Source: an uncultured Chloroflexia bacterium
Lineage (GTDB): Bacteria > Chloroflexota > Dehalococcoidia > DSTF01 > WHTK01
Assembly: GCA_963768705.1 (NCBI GenBank)
Contig: CAVYJE010000028.1
Span: 90,571-154,570 of the forward strand
Direction of reading: 5' to 3'
Length of the DNA: 64,000 nt
Shown here piece after piece: positions 10,511-18,749 of this stretch (the stretch's first letter is position 1; each line of letters starts with the position of its first letter). Below the pieces are notes generated by a model. The model had not been told where the DNA came from. It saw only the letters and a program-made list of their open reading frames with translations, and ran no database searches. A program made the position numbers and the translations under genes.

Positions 10511-11443
10511 ATGAGCGTACGAATCGGTCTTGGTTTTGCCGCATTTCCTTTCTCCAGTCCTGAAGCCTTCTGGCGCTGGATCGATGCCTGTGAGGACAGC
10601 CCTGTGGACTCGATGTGGCTGAGCGAGCGCATGGTGTCGCCGCAGCCGTTTCTGGAGCCTCTGAGCACGCTTGCGGCGGTCGCGGGGCGCACGAAGCGCC
10701 TCAAGTTCGGCATGAACACCACGGTGCTGCCTCTGCGCGACCCGCTTGTGCTGGCGAAGGAGTGTGCCACGATCGACTACCTGAGCGGCGGCCGTCTGCT
10801 GCCGATGTTCGGTGTGGGCAACGATGCCTCGCCGGAGTGGAAGGCACTCGGCGTCAACTCGAAGGGCCGCGGTCCGCGCTCGAACGAGATGCTGCAGCTC
10901 CTGAACCGGCTCTGGACCGAGGACAACGTCACGTTCGAGGGCCGGTACTACCAGTACGAGAACGTGACGATCAGCCCGAAGCCGAAGCAGACGCCGCTGC
11001 CCATCTGGATCGGCGGCAGCAGCGAGGCGGCGATCGACCGCACGGCGCGCTACGGCAGCGGCTGGCTTGCGGGCGCGGGGCAATCGCCGGCCCAGATCGG
11101 GCGGGTCGTGACGGCGATCAAGGAGCGTTGCGCCGAGCTGGGGCGGACGATCGATGACGATCACTACGGTTGCGGCTTCAGCTATCGCTTCGGTAGTTGG
11201 GATGAGCCCGTGGTGGAGCGCAACCTGCAGGCGCTGCAGGCCAGGCTGGGCCCGGACGCCAACCCGCGTGCCTTTATGGCGGTCGGCGGTGCTGACGAGG
11301 TGATCGAGCTGGTCTCGGTGCTGAGGGCGGTGGGCGTTTCGAAGTTCGTCGCGCGTCCCATCGCAGGGAGCGATGAAGAGATGCTGGAGCAGAGCCGTCT
11401 CATGGCCGAGAAGGTGATCCCGGCCGTCCACAAGATGCCATAG
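10511..11443 (+). CDS. LLM-class (luciferase-like) flavin/F420-dependent oxidoreductase
   Basis: 310 aa; typical LLM TIM-barrel signatures (..DSMWLSERM.. ..LSGGRLLPMFGVG.. ..WIGGSSEAAIDRTARYGSGWL..). Confidence 0.75.
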   Translation: MSVRIGLGFAAFPFSSPEAFWRWIDACEDSPVDSMWLSERMVSPQPFLEPLSTLAAVAGRTKRLKFGMNTTVLPLRDPLVLAKECATIDYLSGGRLLPMFGVGNDASPEWKALGVNSKGRGPRSNEMLQLLNRLWTEDNVTFEGRYYQYENVTISPKPKQTPLPIWIGGSSEAAIDRTARYGSGWLAGAGQSPAQIGRVVTAIKERCAELGRTIDDDHYGCGFSYRFGSWDEPVVERNLQALQARLGPDANPRAFMAVGGADEVIELVSVLRAVGVSKFVARPIAGSDEEMLEQSRLMAEKVIPAVHKMP

Positions 11444-11548
11444 GATCATGTCTTGAAATTCACGGAACGACTTTCATGATCATCTGCTGCCTTGACGAGT
11501 CTGCCTGTTCGTACTTAGCTCTACGAAACATGTAAGGCAGGTGTGTGA

Positions 11549-11908
11549 ATGGCGCAGCGACGTGGCCCCGGCCTTCTGGCAGGACTGATCTCGGTGGTAG
11601 CGGCGGGTGGCCTTGTCGCCTGCGGGGGCGGCGACAAGCTCCCTGATATCGTACCGACCGCCACGACAGCCGCCACTGCCGTGACTCAGCCTACGCAGGC
11701 TCCAGCAACCGCCACGACAGCGCCTGTTGTGACGCCGACCCAGGAGGTCGGTGGACAGCAGGAGTACACGGTGCAGGCCGGTGACAGCCTCGGCGCTATT
11801 GCAGCCCAGTTCGGCGTCACCGTCGATGCCATCGTGCAGGCCAATAGCATCACGGACCCCAACCTCATCTTGCCGGGCGAGACCTTGATTATCCCGGCCG
11901 CACAGTAG
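11549..11908 (+). CDS. LysM-domain lipoprotein
   Basis: Lipobox LVAC-GGG; Thr/Ala/Pro-rich linker; C-terminal LysM (YTVQAGDSLGAIAAQFGVTVDAIVQANSITDPNLILPGETLIIP). Confidence 0.7.
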   Translation: MAQRRGPGLLAGLISVVAAGGLVACGGGDKLPDIVPTATTAATAVTQPTQAPATATTAPVVTPTQEVGGQQEYTVQAGDSLGAIAAQFGVTVDAIVQANSITDPNLILPGETLIIPAAQ

Positions 11909-11933
11909 GGCGAAGTTCCTGGTTAGCCTGTGT

Positions 11934-11970
11934 GCGAGCCCCTGCTTCATGTGCTGAAGCCGGGGCTCGC
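11934..11970 (+). terminator. strong GC hairpin (15 bp, one bulge) downstream of the LysM gene; no U-tract
   Basis: GCGAGCCCC-t-GCTTCA-tgtgc-TGAAGC-c-GGGGCTCGC. Confidence 0.35.
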
Positions 11971-12043
11971 CGTATGACTGATCCTTAACCCCTGATCTTT
12001 TCCCATCTACCGCCACCCGTTTACAACGCGTTAACATTGCGGC

Positions 12044-13591
12044 ATGCCTGAAGTCAGCTTCGATCTGCCCGATCCTGCGCTTGCGGAGCACACGTGGGTC
12101 CTCTTCGATGAGCACACGCCCCTCGCCTCGCCGCCGCTGGGTACGGCCCTCTTCAGCGGCCCGGCCAGCGCCGAGCAGCCCGGTGTGCCGCGCTCCATCC
12201 GGCTGAACGGCTATACCTACATGCGCCGCGGCACCGCGCCCGGGGAGGGCGGCCCTTTTGGCTCCGTCACGCTGGCGCAATCGGTCGAGGAGATGCGGGC
12301 CTGGCGCACGCGGCTGCAGCCTCAGGTCGACGACGTGGTCGGGCGGCTGCAGCAGTTCGATCCCGCCGCCGTGACGCCCGGCCACTGGCGGCGCACCCTC
12401 GACGCGCACACGAGCCTGTACTGGGGCGTCTTCGGGCCGATTCATCGCGAGGCGGTGTTCCCGGCTCACGCCGTCGCCCGCGCCTTCCAAGACCTTTATA
12501 CGCAGCGTTTCGGTCAGGAGCGCCTCGGTGATGCTGTCGCCTTGCTGCAGGGCATGCCGAACGCCTCGCTGGAGCGGGCCGCGATGCTCTGGGACCTTAG
12601 CCGCATCGTGCGCGAGGACGCCGAGCTGGCTGCGAGCATAGCCCTGGGCAAACCGGCGCCGGACACCGAGGGCGGCCGGGAGTTCCTACGGCAGTTCGAG
12701 GCGCTGCGTCAGGCGTTCGGTGCCACCGGCGAGGGCTTCGTCGAGGACCAGCCGACTTGGGGCGAGAACGACGCGATCCCGCTGATGGCGATTCGCGCCT
12801 ACGCCGGTCAGCCGGACGGCAACGGCCCGCTCGACTCGGCCCGGCGGCAAGGCGAGCACCGAGATGCTCTGGAGGCGGAGCTGCGGGCGCTGCCGAAGTC
12901 TGACGAGCAGGTCTCGGAGCTGCTACGGCTGCTGCCGATGGCGCAGGAGCTGCTGCCGAACCTCGAAGACCACAACTACTACACGGACCAACGACTGAAC
13001 GCGGCGTCCCGTGCGCGATGGCTGGCGATCGGCGGGCACCTGAGAGAGCGAGGCCTCGTGCAACAAGCGGACGATGTCTTCTATTTCCAGCGCGATGAGC
13101 TGATTGCTGCGCTCGAAGGCGAGTCGTCGTTGGCCTCCGAGGAGCTTGCCCACCGTCGCGCAGATCTTGCCCTGTGGCGCTCTGTCTCGCCGCCGCCGGT
13201 CTTGGGCAAGCCCTATGAGCAGAGCATTGATGAGCTACCGAGCGAAATGGTCGCCCGTGCCTCCGAGCTACGAGTGGTGCGCGGTGTGGGTACCTCACCG
13301 GGTAGCTACCGGGGCCGTGCGCGCGTGATCGATGCCATCGAGCAGGCGGAGACACTGGAGCCCGGCGACATCCTCGTGACGCGCGTGACTACGCCGGCCT
13401 GGACGCCGTTCTTCGGTGTCGTATCGGCGCTGGTGATCAACGTCGGGGGCCTGCTATCGCACGCCTCGGTGGTCGCGCGCGAGTTCGGGCTGCCGGCGGT
13501 CGTCGGCACGCGCGACGGCACCGTGCGCATCCCGGACGGTGCCACGATTACGGTCGACGGCACGAGCGGGCTGGTGCTCGTCGAGTCGTGA
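12044..13591 (+). CDS. PEP-utilising enzyme family protein (PpsA/rifampicin-phosphotransferase-like mobile His domain at C-terminus)
   Basis: 515 aa; C-terminal ..DILVTRVTTPAWTPFFGVVSALVINVGGLLSHASVVAREFGLPAVVGT.. is the PEP-utilisers mobile domain; the N-terminal ~400 aa has no assignable domain. Confidence 0.65.
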   Translation: MPEVSFDLPDPALAEHTWVLFDEHTPLASPPLGTALFSGPASAEQPGVPRSIRLNGYTYMRRGTAPGEGGPFGSVTLAQSVEEMRAWRTRLQPQVDDVVGRLQQFDPAAVTPGHWRRTLDAHTSLYWGVFGPIHREAVFPAHAVARAFQDLYTQRFGQERLGDAVALLQGMPNASLERAAMLWDLSRIVREDAELAASIALGKPAPDTEGGREFLRQFEALRQAFGATGEGFVEDQPTWGENDAIPLMAIRAYAGQPDGNGPLDSARRQGEHRDALEAELRALPKSDEQVSELLRLLPMAQELLPNLEDHNYYTDQRLNAASRARWLAIGGHLRERGLVQQADDVFYFQRDELIAALEGESSLASEELAHRRADLALWRSVSPPPVLGKPYEQSIDELPSEMVARASELRVVRGVGTSPGSYRGRARVIDAIEQAETLEPGDILVTRVTTPAWTPFFGVVSALVINVGGLLSHASVVAREFGLPAVVGTRDGTVRIPDGATITVDGTSGLVLVES

Positions 13592-13648
13592 CGCCGTCTC
13601 GCATGCGCCGGTGCCGGATCTCGGGAGTTCGCCGTTATAATGCCCGAC

Positions 13649-13736
13649 GGAGGGGTGGCAGAGCGGTTTAATGCGGCGGTCTTGAAAACCGCTGTGGGGC
13701 AACTCACCGGGGGTTCGAATCCCTCCCCCTCCGCCA
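13649..13736 (+). tRNA. tRNA-Ser (anticodon TGA)
   Basis: 88 nt. Acceptor stem GGAGGGG/CCCCTCC; anticodon loop CU-UGA-AA; long variable arm; T-loop GGTTCGAATCC; encoded CCA end. Confidence 0.85.
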
Positions 13737-13794
13737 TCACCCTTCTTGTCCGATTCTGCACCGCCCCCTGAAACCTTGCAGAAAGGCCCTGTTA

Positions 13795-13862
13795 GCGCAA
13801 CGTTAACAGACCTGAAGGCTGGCCTGACTCTTGTGTAGCGTGAGCTTGCGTTAACGTTGCAG
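13795..13862. repeat. pair of inverted 11-bp sites GCAACGTTAAC / GTTAACGTTGC about 40 bp apart, between the tRNA and the island
   Basis: gcGCAACGTTAACag at 13795-13809 and gcGTTAACGTTGCag at 13849-13862. A related AACGCGTTAACATTGCGG lies at 12022-12040 just upstream of the PEP-enzyme gene. Confidence 0.3.
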
Positions 13863-14054
13863 AATTGCTGCCAGTGTGTCCGAATGGCCCCCACGGTTGC
13901 TTGAAATTACCCCCGCCGGGTGTCTGGTCACGTGATGTCTTTCGTGATCCCTGGCAGCGCTTTACCTGAAAGGAGATCGTCTTGATTCCAGCTAGCTAGT
14001 GACTCCATTTGCCGCCATCAGGCGGGTTTTTCAAAAGCGAGGAGGGCTTCGAAA

Positions 14055-14708
14055 ATGAGTCGAAGCATTTTGTTAAGCATCATGTTCATCGCGGGTACGC
14101 TGGGCGTCATCGCCTTCAGTGCCGCCCAGTTCACGGACTTCGAGACCGATACGTCCGATCCCATTGACGCTGGAACTCTCAATTTGGAAATCGCCAACGT
14201 AACAACCTGCACTGTAGATGCCGACGGCCTTGAGGGTGATCCGGGCGAGGCTGACGGCGACACGCAGGCCACTTGTGACTTCAGTGTCCAGCACACAGGC
14301 TCGCTCAACAACGCGGACCTCTACCTCAAGATCGACGACGTCACGGCTTTCGCGTGTACGGACGCAGCCAACGGCGGCCGGGACGACGACTCTGACTATT
14401 GCGACGGTGGCGCCGATCTAACCTCGGACGAGTTCGATCTGATCAGCCTCGTAATCACGGCTGGTGGTGGCGAGGACTACACGCCGCTTACGCAGGATAC
14501 GTTGACTAACTACATCGACCAATGTGGCCTGATCGACAGCGATGTCGATAGCGGGGACACGGTTGAGGGAACCTATACGGTTGAGCTCTTTCAGGATCGC
14601 ACGACCAATGTGATGCAGGGTGACGCGATCAAGCTCGTCCTTAGCTTCGAGTTGGCCGAGGATCAAGCGACCACGGGCGCCGGTTTTGCTGACTGCGTCG
14701 AAGACTAG
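14055..14708 (+). CDS. TasA/CalY/camelysin-like secreted protein with SipW-cognate signal peptide
   Basis: ATG with GAGGAGGG RBS; N-terminal TM signal then AAQFTDFETDTSD..GTLNLEI (TasA: AAFND..GTLDLSA); C-terminal ..GDAIKLVLSFELAEDQ (TasA ..NSIKLQFSFEATQ); acidic; locally low GC. Confidence 0.7.
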   Translation: MSRSILLSIMFIAGTLGVIAFSAAQFTDFETDTSDPIDAGTLNLEIANVTTCTVDADGLEGDPGEADGDTQATCDFSVQHTGSLNNADLYLKIDDVTAFACTDAANGGRDDDSDYCDGGADLTSDEFDLISLVITAGGGEDYTPLTQDTLTNYIDQCGLIDSDVDSGDTVEGTYTVELFQDRTTNVMQGDAIKLVLSFELAEDQATTGAGFADCVED

Positions 14709-14724
14709 GGCTCGCTGTTGATGT

Positions 14725-15321
14725 TTGACTTCTGAGGCTAGCTTCGTGATTGCTGACGGCTATCGATTATTGAGTCCCCATTTGCGGGGACCAGGGTGGT
14801 GGTTGCCTCGCCTTGCGCGTGGCGGTATGGCGCTGGTCGCCCTCTTGCTGGGCTTTGCCGCGCTGTTTGCCCTGATCGGTCCGCAATTCGGTTACAGCTA
14901 TGCGGTGGTCAAGAGCGGCTCAATGGCGCCGGCCTACGGTGTAGGGGCCGTCATCGTGGTCGACGAGGTCAATCCGTCCTCGGTGCAGGTCGGAGACGTG
15001 GTCAGCTTCCGTCTCCCCGAGAGGCCGAGTGACGAGATCGTGACGCACCGGGTCGTCGAGGTGCTTAGCGAGGACGGAGCACTGCAATTTCGGACCAAGG
15101 GCGACGCGAACGAGGAGCCCGACCCTCGCCTCATCGAGGCTAGTCAGGTGAAGGGGCGCATCGTATTCGGTGTGCCCTGGATTGGACGTCTCGCGCCGAC
15201 GCTTCAAGCCAAGGGTCTGTTCTTCCTGGTTGTCCTCGCTTGTGGCGGACTGCTCATCGCTGGTGAGTTGGCCAACATCTTTCGGGAGCTACGTGGTCCG
15301 AGGGAGCGGCCTCTTGGGTAA
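14725..15321 (+). CDS. sipW: signal peptidase I, archaeal/ER (SipW) type
   Basis: ..AVVKSGSMAPAYGVGAVIVV.. (catalytic Ser), ..VTHRVVEV.. (His), KGDANEEPD, C-terminal TM anchor. The track start is a TTG; the GTG at 14746 or the ATG at 14824 may be the true start. Confidence 0.8.
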   Translation: MTSEASFVIADGYRLLSPHLRGPGWWLPRLARGGMALVALLLGFAALFALIGPQFGYSYAVVKSGSMAPAYGVGAVIVVDEVNPSSVQVGDVVSFRLPERPSDEIVTHRVVEVLSEDGALQFRTKGDANEEPDPRLIEASQVKGRIVFGVPWIGRLAPTLQAKGLFFLVVLACGGLLIAGELANIFRELRGPRERPLG

Positions 15322-15330
15322 CGGAGTGTG

Positions 15331-16428
15331 ATGAAGAAGACTGCGGTGCAAGGGCAAGGAGCGTGGCGGCGATTGGGCCGTCCGGTGATTCTTTGCGCCC
15401 TGGTGGCAAGTCTTCTCCTTTGGCTCGCGTCAGGACATGTGCCCTATACGAGCGGTCAATTTGCTGATTACGAAACCGATACCAGCGATGCGCTCTGGAT
15501 GAGTACCCATCCGGCCGACATCAAAATCGTCGTGAGTGCTGACGCCCCAGGCTTCATCGAGTTCACCAGCGACATTCCCGGATGCCCGTCCTCCTTCAGC
15601 TTTACTTTCGCAGAGGCAGGGTCGCAATCGTGGTTGTGCAACCCGGTCCCGGCAGGAACATACGAGGTCACTGAGACCACGCTTGGCTGGGACATCACAA
15701 TCAGCTGCATCGAGTCTGACACCGAGAACAGCGATGACGATAACCCCCCTTCAGCGACGATCGTCCTTGAGGAATACGAGAAGGTCATGTGTACCTTCAC
15801 GAACGAAATCGTCGACACCGGCAGCCTTGCCGTCGATCTCGACTACTCTGACGACTCCGTGATCGGGCTCGACGTAAACGTCGCATGTGATAGTGGTGCT
15901 TCGCCGGACACCAATGGCATGACCGCCTACGAAGGCACACCTGCTGAGTTCCAAATCAACGACCTGCCGCCCGGTGGTACATCCTGCGACGCGGAACTCG
16001 ACAGTCCGCCCGCAGACTATGCCGTGGACGACTCGGACTGCGCAGGTGTTTCACTAACGCCGGTTTTCCCGGATGCCGTTTGCACCATCGTCCTGACCAA
16101 GCTGGGTTCGATTACGTTCCTTCAAGACTCACCATCTGGCGAAGAATCGACCGACGTTACATTCGAGTTCTCGTCCAACCTTTCTGATTGTGAGCCGGGA
16201 CAGTTCCTGTTGGCGGAAGACGATGGCAGCGAGACCTGTAGTGGTCTTGTCGAGGACACGTACACCGTTACGCAGATACCGGGGGACTTGCCGTCTGGCT
16301 GGATTCTCTCCGACATCGACTGCAGTGCAGTGGATTCTGAGAACGATCTGGTTGCCGGAACTGTCACGATTGACCTGCAGCCTGGCGAGGACGTGACCTG
16401 CGTGTTCGTCAACGAGGTGCCTTCGTGA
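15331..16428 (+). CDS. secreted Cys-rich protein with SipW-cognate signal peptide and three tandem ~100-aa beta-sandwich (prealbumin/SpaA-like) repeats
   Basis: Signal peptide followed by SGQFADYETDTSD, the same motif as 14055. Three repeats each end in ..GTYxVTE..GW.I..I.C.. / ..G(E)(D)VTCxFxNE. Acidic. Starts at ATG 15331 (the track's 15328 is a GTG). Confidence 0.6.
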   Translation: MKKTAVQGQGAWRRLGRPVILCALVASLLLWLASGHVPYTSGQFADYETDTSDALWMSTHPADIKIVVSADAPGFIEFTSDIPGCPSSFSFTFAEAGSQSWLCNPVPAGTYEVTETTLGWDITISCIESDTENSDDDNPPSATIVLEEYEKVMCTFTNEIVDTGSLAVDLDYSDDSVIGLDVNVACDSGASPDTNGMTAYEGTPAEFQINDLPPGGTSCDAELDSPPADYAVDDSDCAGVSLTPVFPDAVCTIVLTKLGSITFLQDSPSGEESTDVTFEFSSNLSDCEPGQFLLAEDDGSETCSGLVEDTYTVTQIPGDLPSGWILSDIDCSAVDSENDLVAGTVTIDLQPGEDVTCVFVNEVPS

Positions 16429-18320
16429 GTCGCCTCGTCTCGCGCAACAATGTGCTTCGGCTGGTCCTGGTCCTCTTCGTGGCGTCGTTCATCACGGCCA
16501 TCTACGCGACTTCCTCCTCTCGTCTAGGTGGCCGGGTGCCCGTCGTCCTTGCGGAGGCGGGCGGCGTCGTGGACGTACAGATCGATGACGGCAGCGGTAG
16601 TCTCGTGTTCACGCCGGCCGAGTGTCAGACCCAGATCGCCTCGCTCTCGCAGTGCACGACAACGCTCGAGGTGGTAAACGCGGGCGGAACCGACAGCGCC
16701 GAGTTCGAGTACTCAATCGATGTCTGGGCTGATACGAACGGCGTCGACAACGGCGACATGGGCTACCACGACGACGATTTCAGTGCCTGCTACAACGTCA
16801 CGCTGGTCAAGGGTGGCACGCCCAACATGACCGCGACCAAGCCGCATGTTGGGCCGCTCTTCGGTGATTCGCTGCAGCTGGGCCAGTCGAAGGAGTGGAG
16901 CCTCGCGCTCGCCGTCAAGGGCGACAACAGCTGCCAGGGCGCGACCACAACCGTCATCGTCGCCGTGCTGGCGTCGGATGTCCCCGGCTTCTTCGATGAC
17001 ATCAAGCCGGTGCCGACGCTCGTGCCTTCGCCCAGTGTCGTGGCAGTAGCCGAGTCTCCAACGGTGACTGAAGAGACTCCAGGTCCGGCTTACGAAATCG
17101 AGGATGACGAACAGGCTCAGGCGCCAGTAGAGACCGTGACGGAGACCGCCACGCCAGAGCCGACATCGACCGCGACGCCGCGACCTGCCACCCCCACGCT
17201 GGTGCCCGCAACGGCGGTTGTGCCGGTTGCGACCGCGACGCCAAGCCCGACGCCTTCGCCGACGGCAGAGGTCAGCAAGAAGCCAGGCCGCGAAGATGGG
17301 CCGAACTTCCTGACCCAGGAGATCCCCAGTCCGAGCGCGATCTCCACCAACGTGAAGGTGGTTGCCACCAACTTCACGCTCTCGCTGCTTGCGCTGTGCG
17401 TGATCCTGGTGGCAACGACGGTATTCAACTCCACGCTGGAGGAGAACGCCATCGAAATCGGCGTCGTGATGAACCGCCTCACCGGCCCCACGACGAGAGT
17501 GGGCAAGGTCCTCGGCTGGATCGACCTGGACGACGAGGACGATGACAGGCCTGGCTGGCTGGCGTCTCTGCTGAAACCCCTGGGTATCGTGGCGATCACG
17601 GCCCTTATCTACACTGCTCTGGAGCCCGACTTCGGCTTCAATAATGAGACGCTGACCCTCACGGTGGCGCTGATGGCCGGCATCGCCATGAGTACCTTCC
17701 TGTACGAAGGCGGCCAGGTCTTCTGGTCGTCGAAGCGATATCGCACGCCGGCGGCCATGCGCGTCTACCCGATGGCGATCGTGATCGCGGTGGTTTCGGT
17801 GCTCATGACGAAGTTCGTGAGCCTGCACCCCGGCGTGATCTTTGGCTTCGTCACCGCCGCAACGATCTTCCCGCGAGGCGCCATGTCGCCCAAGGAGAAG
17901 GGGATGATCGTGCTGGTGCCCCTTGTCGGCCTGCTCGCGACCTCGATCATCGCCTTCCTGCTCATCGAACCGTTGCGCGCGTACTCGGTCGAACACCCCG
18001 GCGTGTGGAACGCCCTGCCGGAGACGGTCGCCATCGCCCTCTTCGTCGGTGGTGCCCAGAGCGCTCTGCTGATCCTGATCCCCGTGACGTTCAACGACGG
18101 TGAGAAGATCTGGGAGTGGAACAAGCTGGTGTGGTTCGCCATCGCCCTGCCGGCGAGCTTCCTGTTCTTCCACGTGATGATCAATAGCGGTGGCGACTAC
18201 GGTGACATCGTGGACAACGGCAAGGCACTGACGTTGCTGATTACCGCGTTTACCTTCCTGGGGGTCGCGGGCCTGACCTGGCTATACTTCCGCATACGCT
18301 TTGGACCCGGTGAAAACTGA
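16425..18320 (+). CDS. polytopic membrane protein: N-terminal TM + TasA-like ectodomain + Pro/Thr-rich linker + ~10-TM C-terminal domain
   Basis: GTG start overlapping the upstream stop (GTGA) with a GAGGTG RBS. Ectodomain ..CTTTLEVVNAGGTDSAEFEYSIDVW.. resembles the TasA beta-sandwich. PT-rich ATPEPTSTATPRPATPTLVPATAVVP region. Ten predicted TM helices of unknown family. Confidence 0.55.
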   Translation: MSRLVSRNNVLRLVLVLFVASFITAIYATSSSRLGGRVPVVLAEAGGVVDVQIDDGSGSLVFTPAECQTQIASLSQCTTTLEVVNAGGTDSAEFEYSIDVWADTNGVDNGDMGYHDDDFSACYNVTLVKGGTPNMTATKPHVGPLFGDSLQLGQSKEWSLALAVKGDNSCQGATTTVIVAVLASDVPGFFDDIKPVPTLVPSPSVVAVAESPTVTEETPGPAYEIEDDEQAQAPVETVTETATPEPTSTATPRPATPTLVPATAVVPVATATPSPTPSPTAEVSKKPGREDGPNFLTQEIPSPSAISTNVKVVATNFTLSLLALCVILVATTVFNSTLEENAIEIGVVMNRLTGPTTRVGKVLGWIDLDDEDDDRPGWLASLLKPLGIVAITALIYTALEPDFGFNNETLTLTVALMAGIAMSTFLYEGGQVFWSSKRYRTPAAMRVYPMAIVIAVVSVLMTKFVSLHPGVIFGFVTAATIFPRGAMSPKEKGMIVLVPLVGLLATSIIAFLLIEPLRAYSVEHPGVWNALPETVAIALFVGGAQSALLILIPVTFNDGEKIWEWNKLVWFAIALPASFLFFHVMINSGGDYGDIVDNGKALTLLITAFTFLGVAGLTWLYFRIRFGPGEN

Positions 18321-18330
18321 CCCTAACGAA

Positions 18331-18696
18331 ATGCCGCTGGACCGCCTGCGAAGGCTGTGTATGGCGCTGCCCGAAGTAACGGAGCGCCTCTCCCACAGTG
18401 AGCCGACCTGGTTTGTGCGGGACAAGAAGACCTTCGTCATGTTCGCGGACCATCATCATGACGACAGGCTGGCTTTCTGGTGTGCAGCGCCGGAGGGCGC
18501 CCAGACGTCACTAGTGGCGGCATACCCAGACCGATTCTTCCGGCCGCCCTACGTAGGCGTACGTGGATGGCTCGGCGTCTACCTCGATGTCCCCGTGGAC
18601 TGGGACGAGGTTGCCGTCATCGTGGAGGACGCTTATCGCGTGGTGGCGCCGAAGAAGCTCGTGGCGTTGTTGGGATCGCCTGGCACGGAAGGCTGA
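18331..18696 (+). CDS. MmcQ/YjbR-family protein
   Basis: MPLDRLRRLCMALPEVTERLSHSEPTWFVRDKKTFVMFADHHHDDRLAFWCAAPEG..; the internal ATG is chosen to avoid overlap with the upstream gene. Confidence 0.55.
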   Translation: MPLDRLRRLCMALPEVTERLSHSEPTWFVRDKKTFVMFADHHHDDRLAFWCAAPEGAQTSLVAAYPDRFFRPPYVGVRGWLGVYLDVPVDWDEVAVIVEDAYRVVAPKKLVALLGSPGTEG

Positions 18697-18749
18697 CGAC
18701 AGCCCGTCCGGTCTGTCAGGATCTTGCGTCCAGCCGGTAAGCTGGAGGC

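Noticed and set aside
13736-14055. Integrase gene or att-site duplication of the tRNA-Ser 3' end marking a classical genomic island
   Set aside because: There is no integrase/recombinase ORF in the island or its flanks, and no second copy of the tRNA 3' segment (ggttcgaatccctcccc) within the window. The island hypothesis rests on position and GC content only.
16713-18173. Long antisense ORFs (e.g. 486 aa at 16713-18173 minus, 537 aa at 40248-41861 minus, 387 aa at 26148-27311 minus, 343 aa at 24938-25969 minus, 331 aa at 4230-5225 plus, 323 aa at 10478-11449 minus)
   Set aside because: High-GC DNA keeps alternative frames open by chance. These translations are Arg/Pro/Ala/Gly-rich low-complexity strings with no domain signatures, and they lie opposite well-supported genes.
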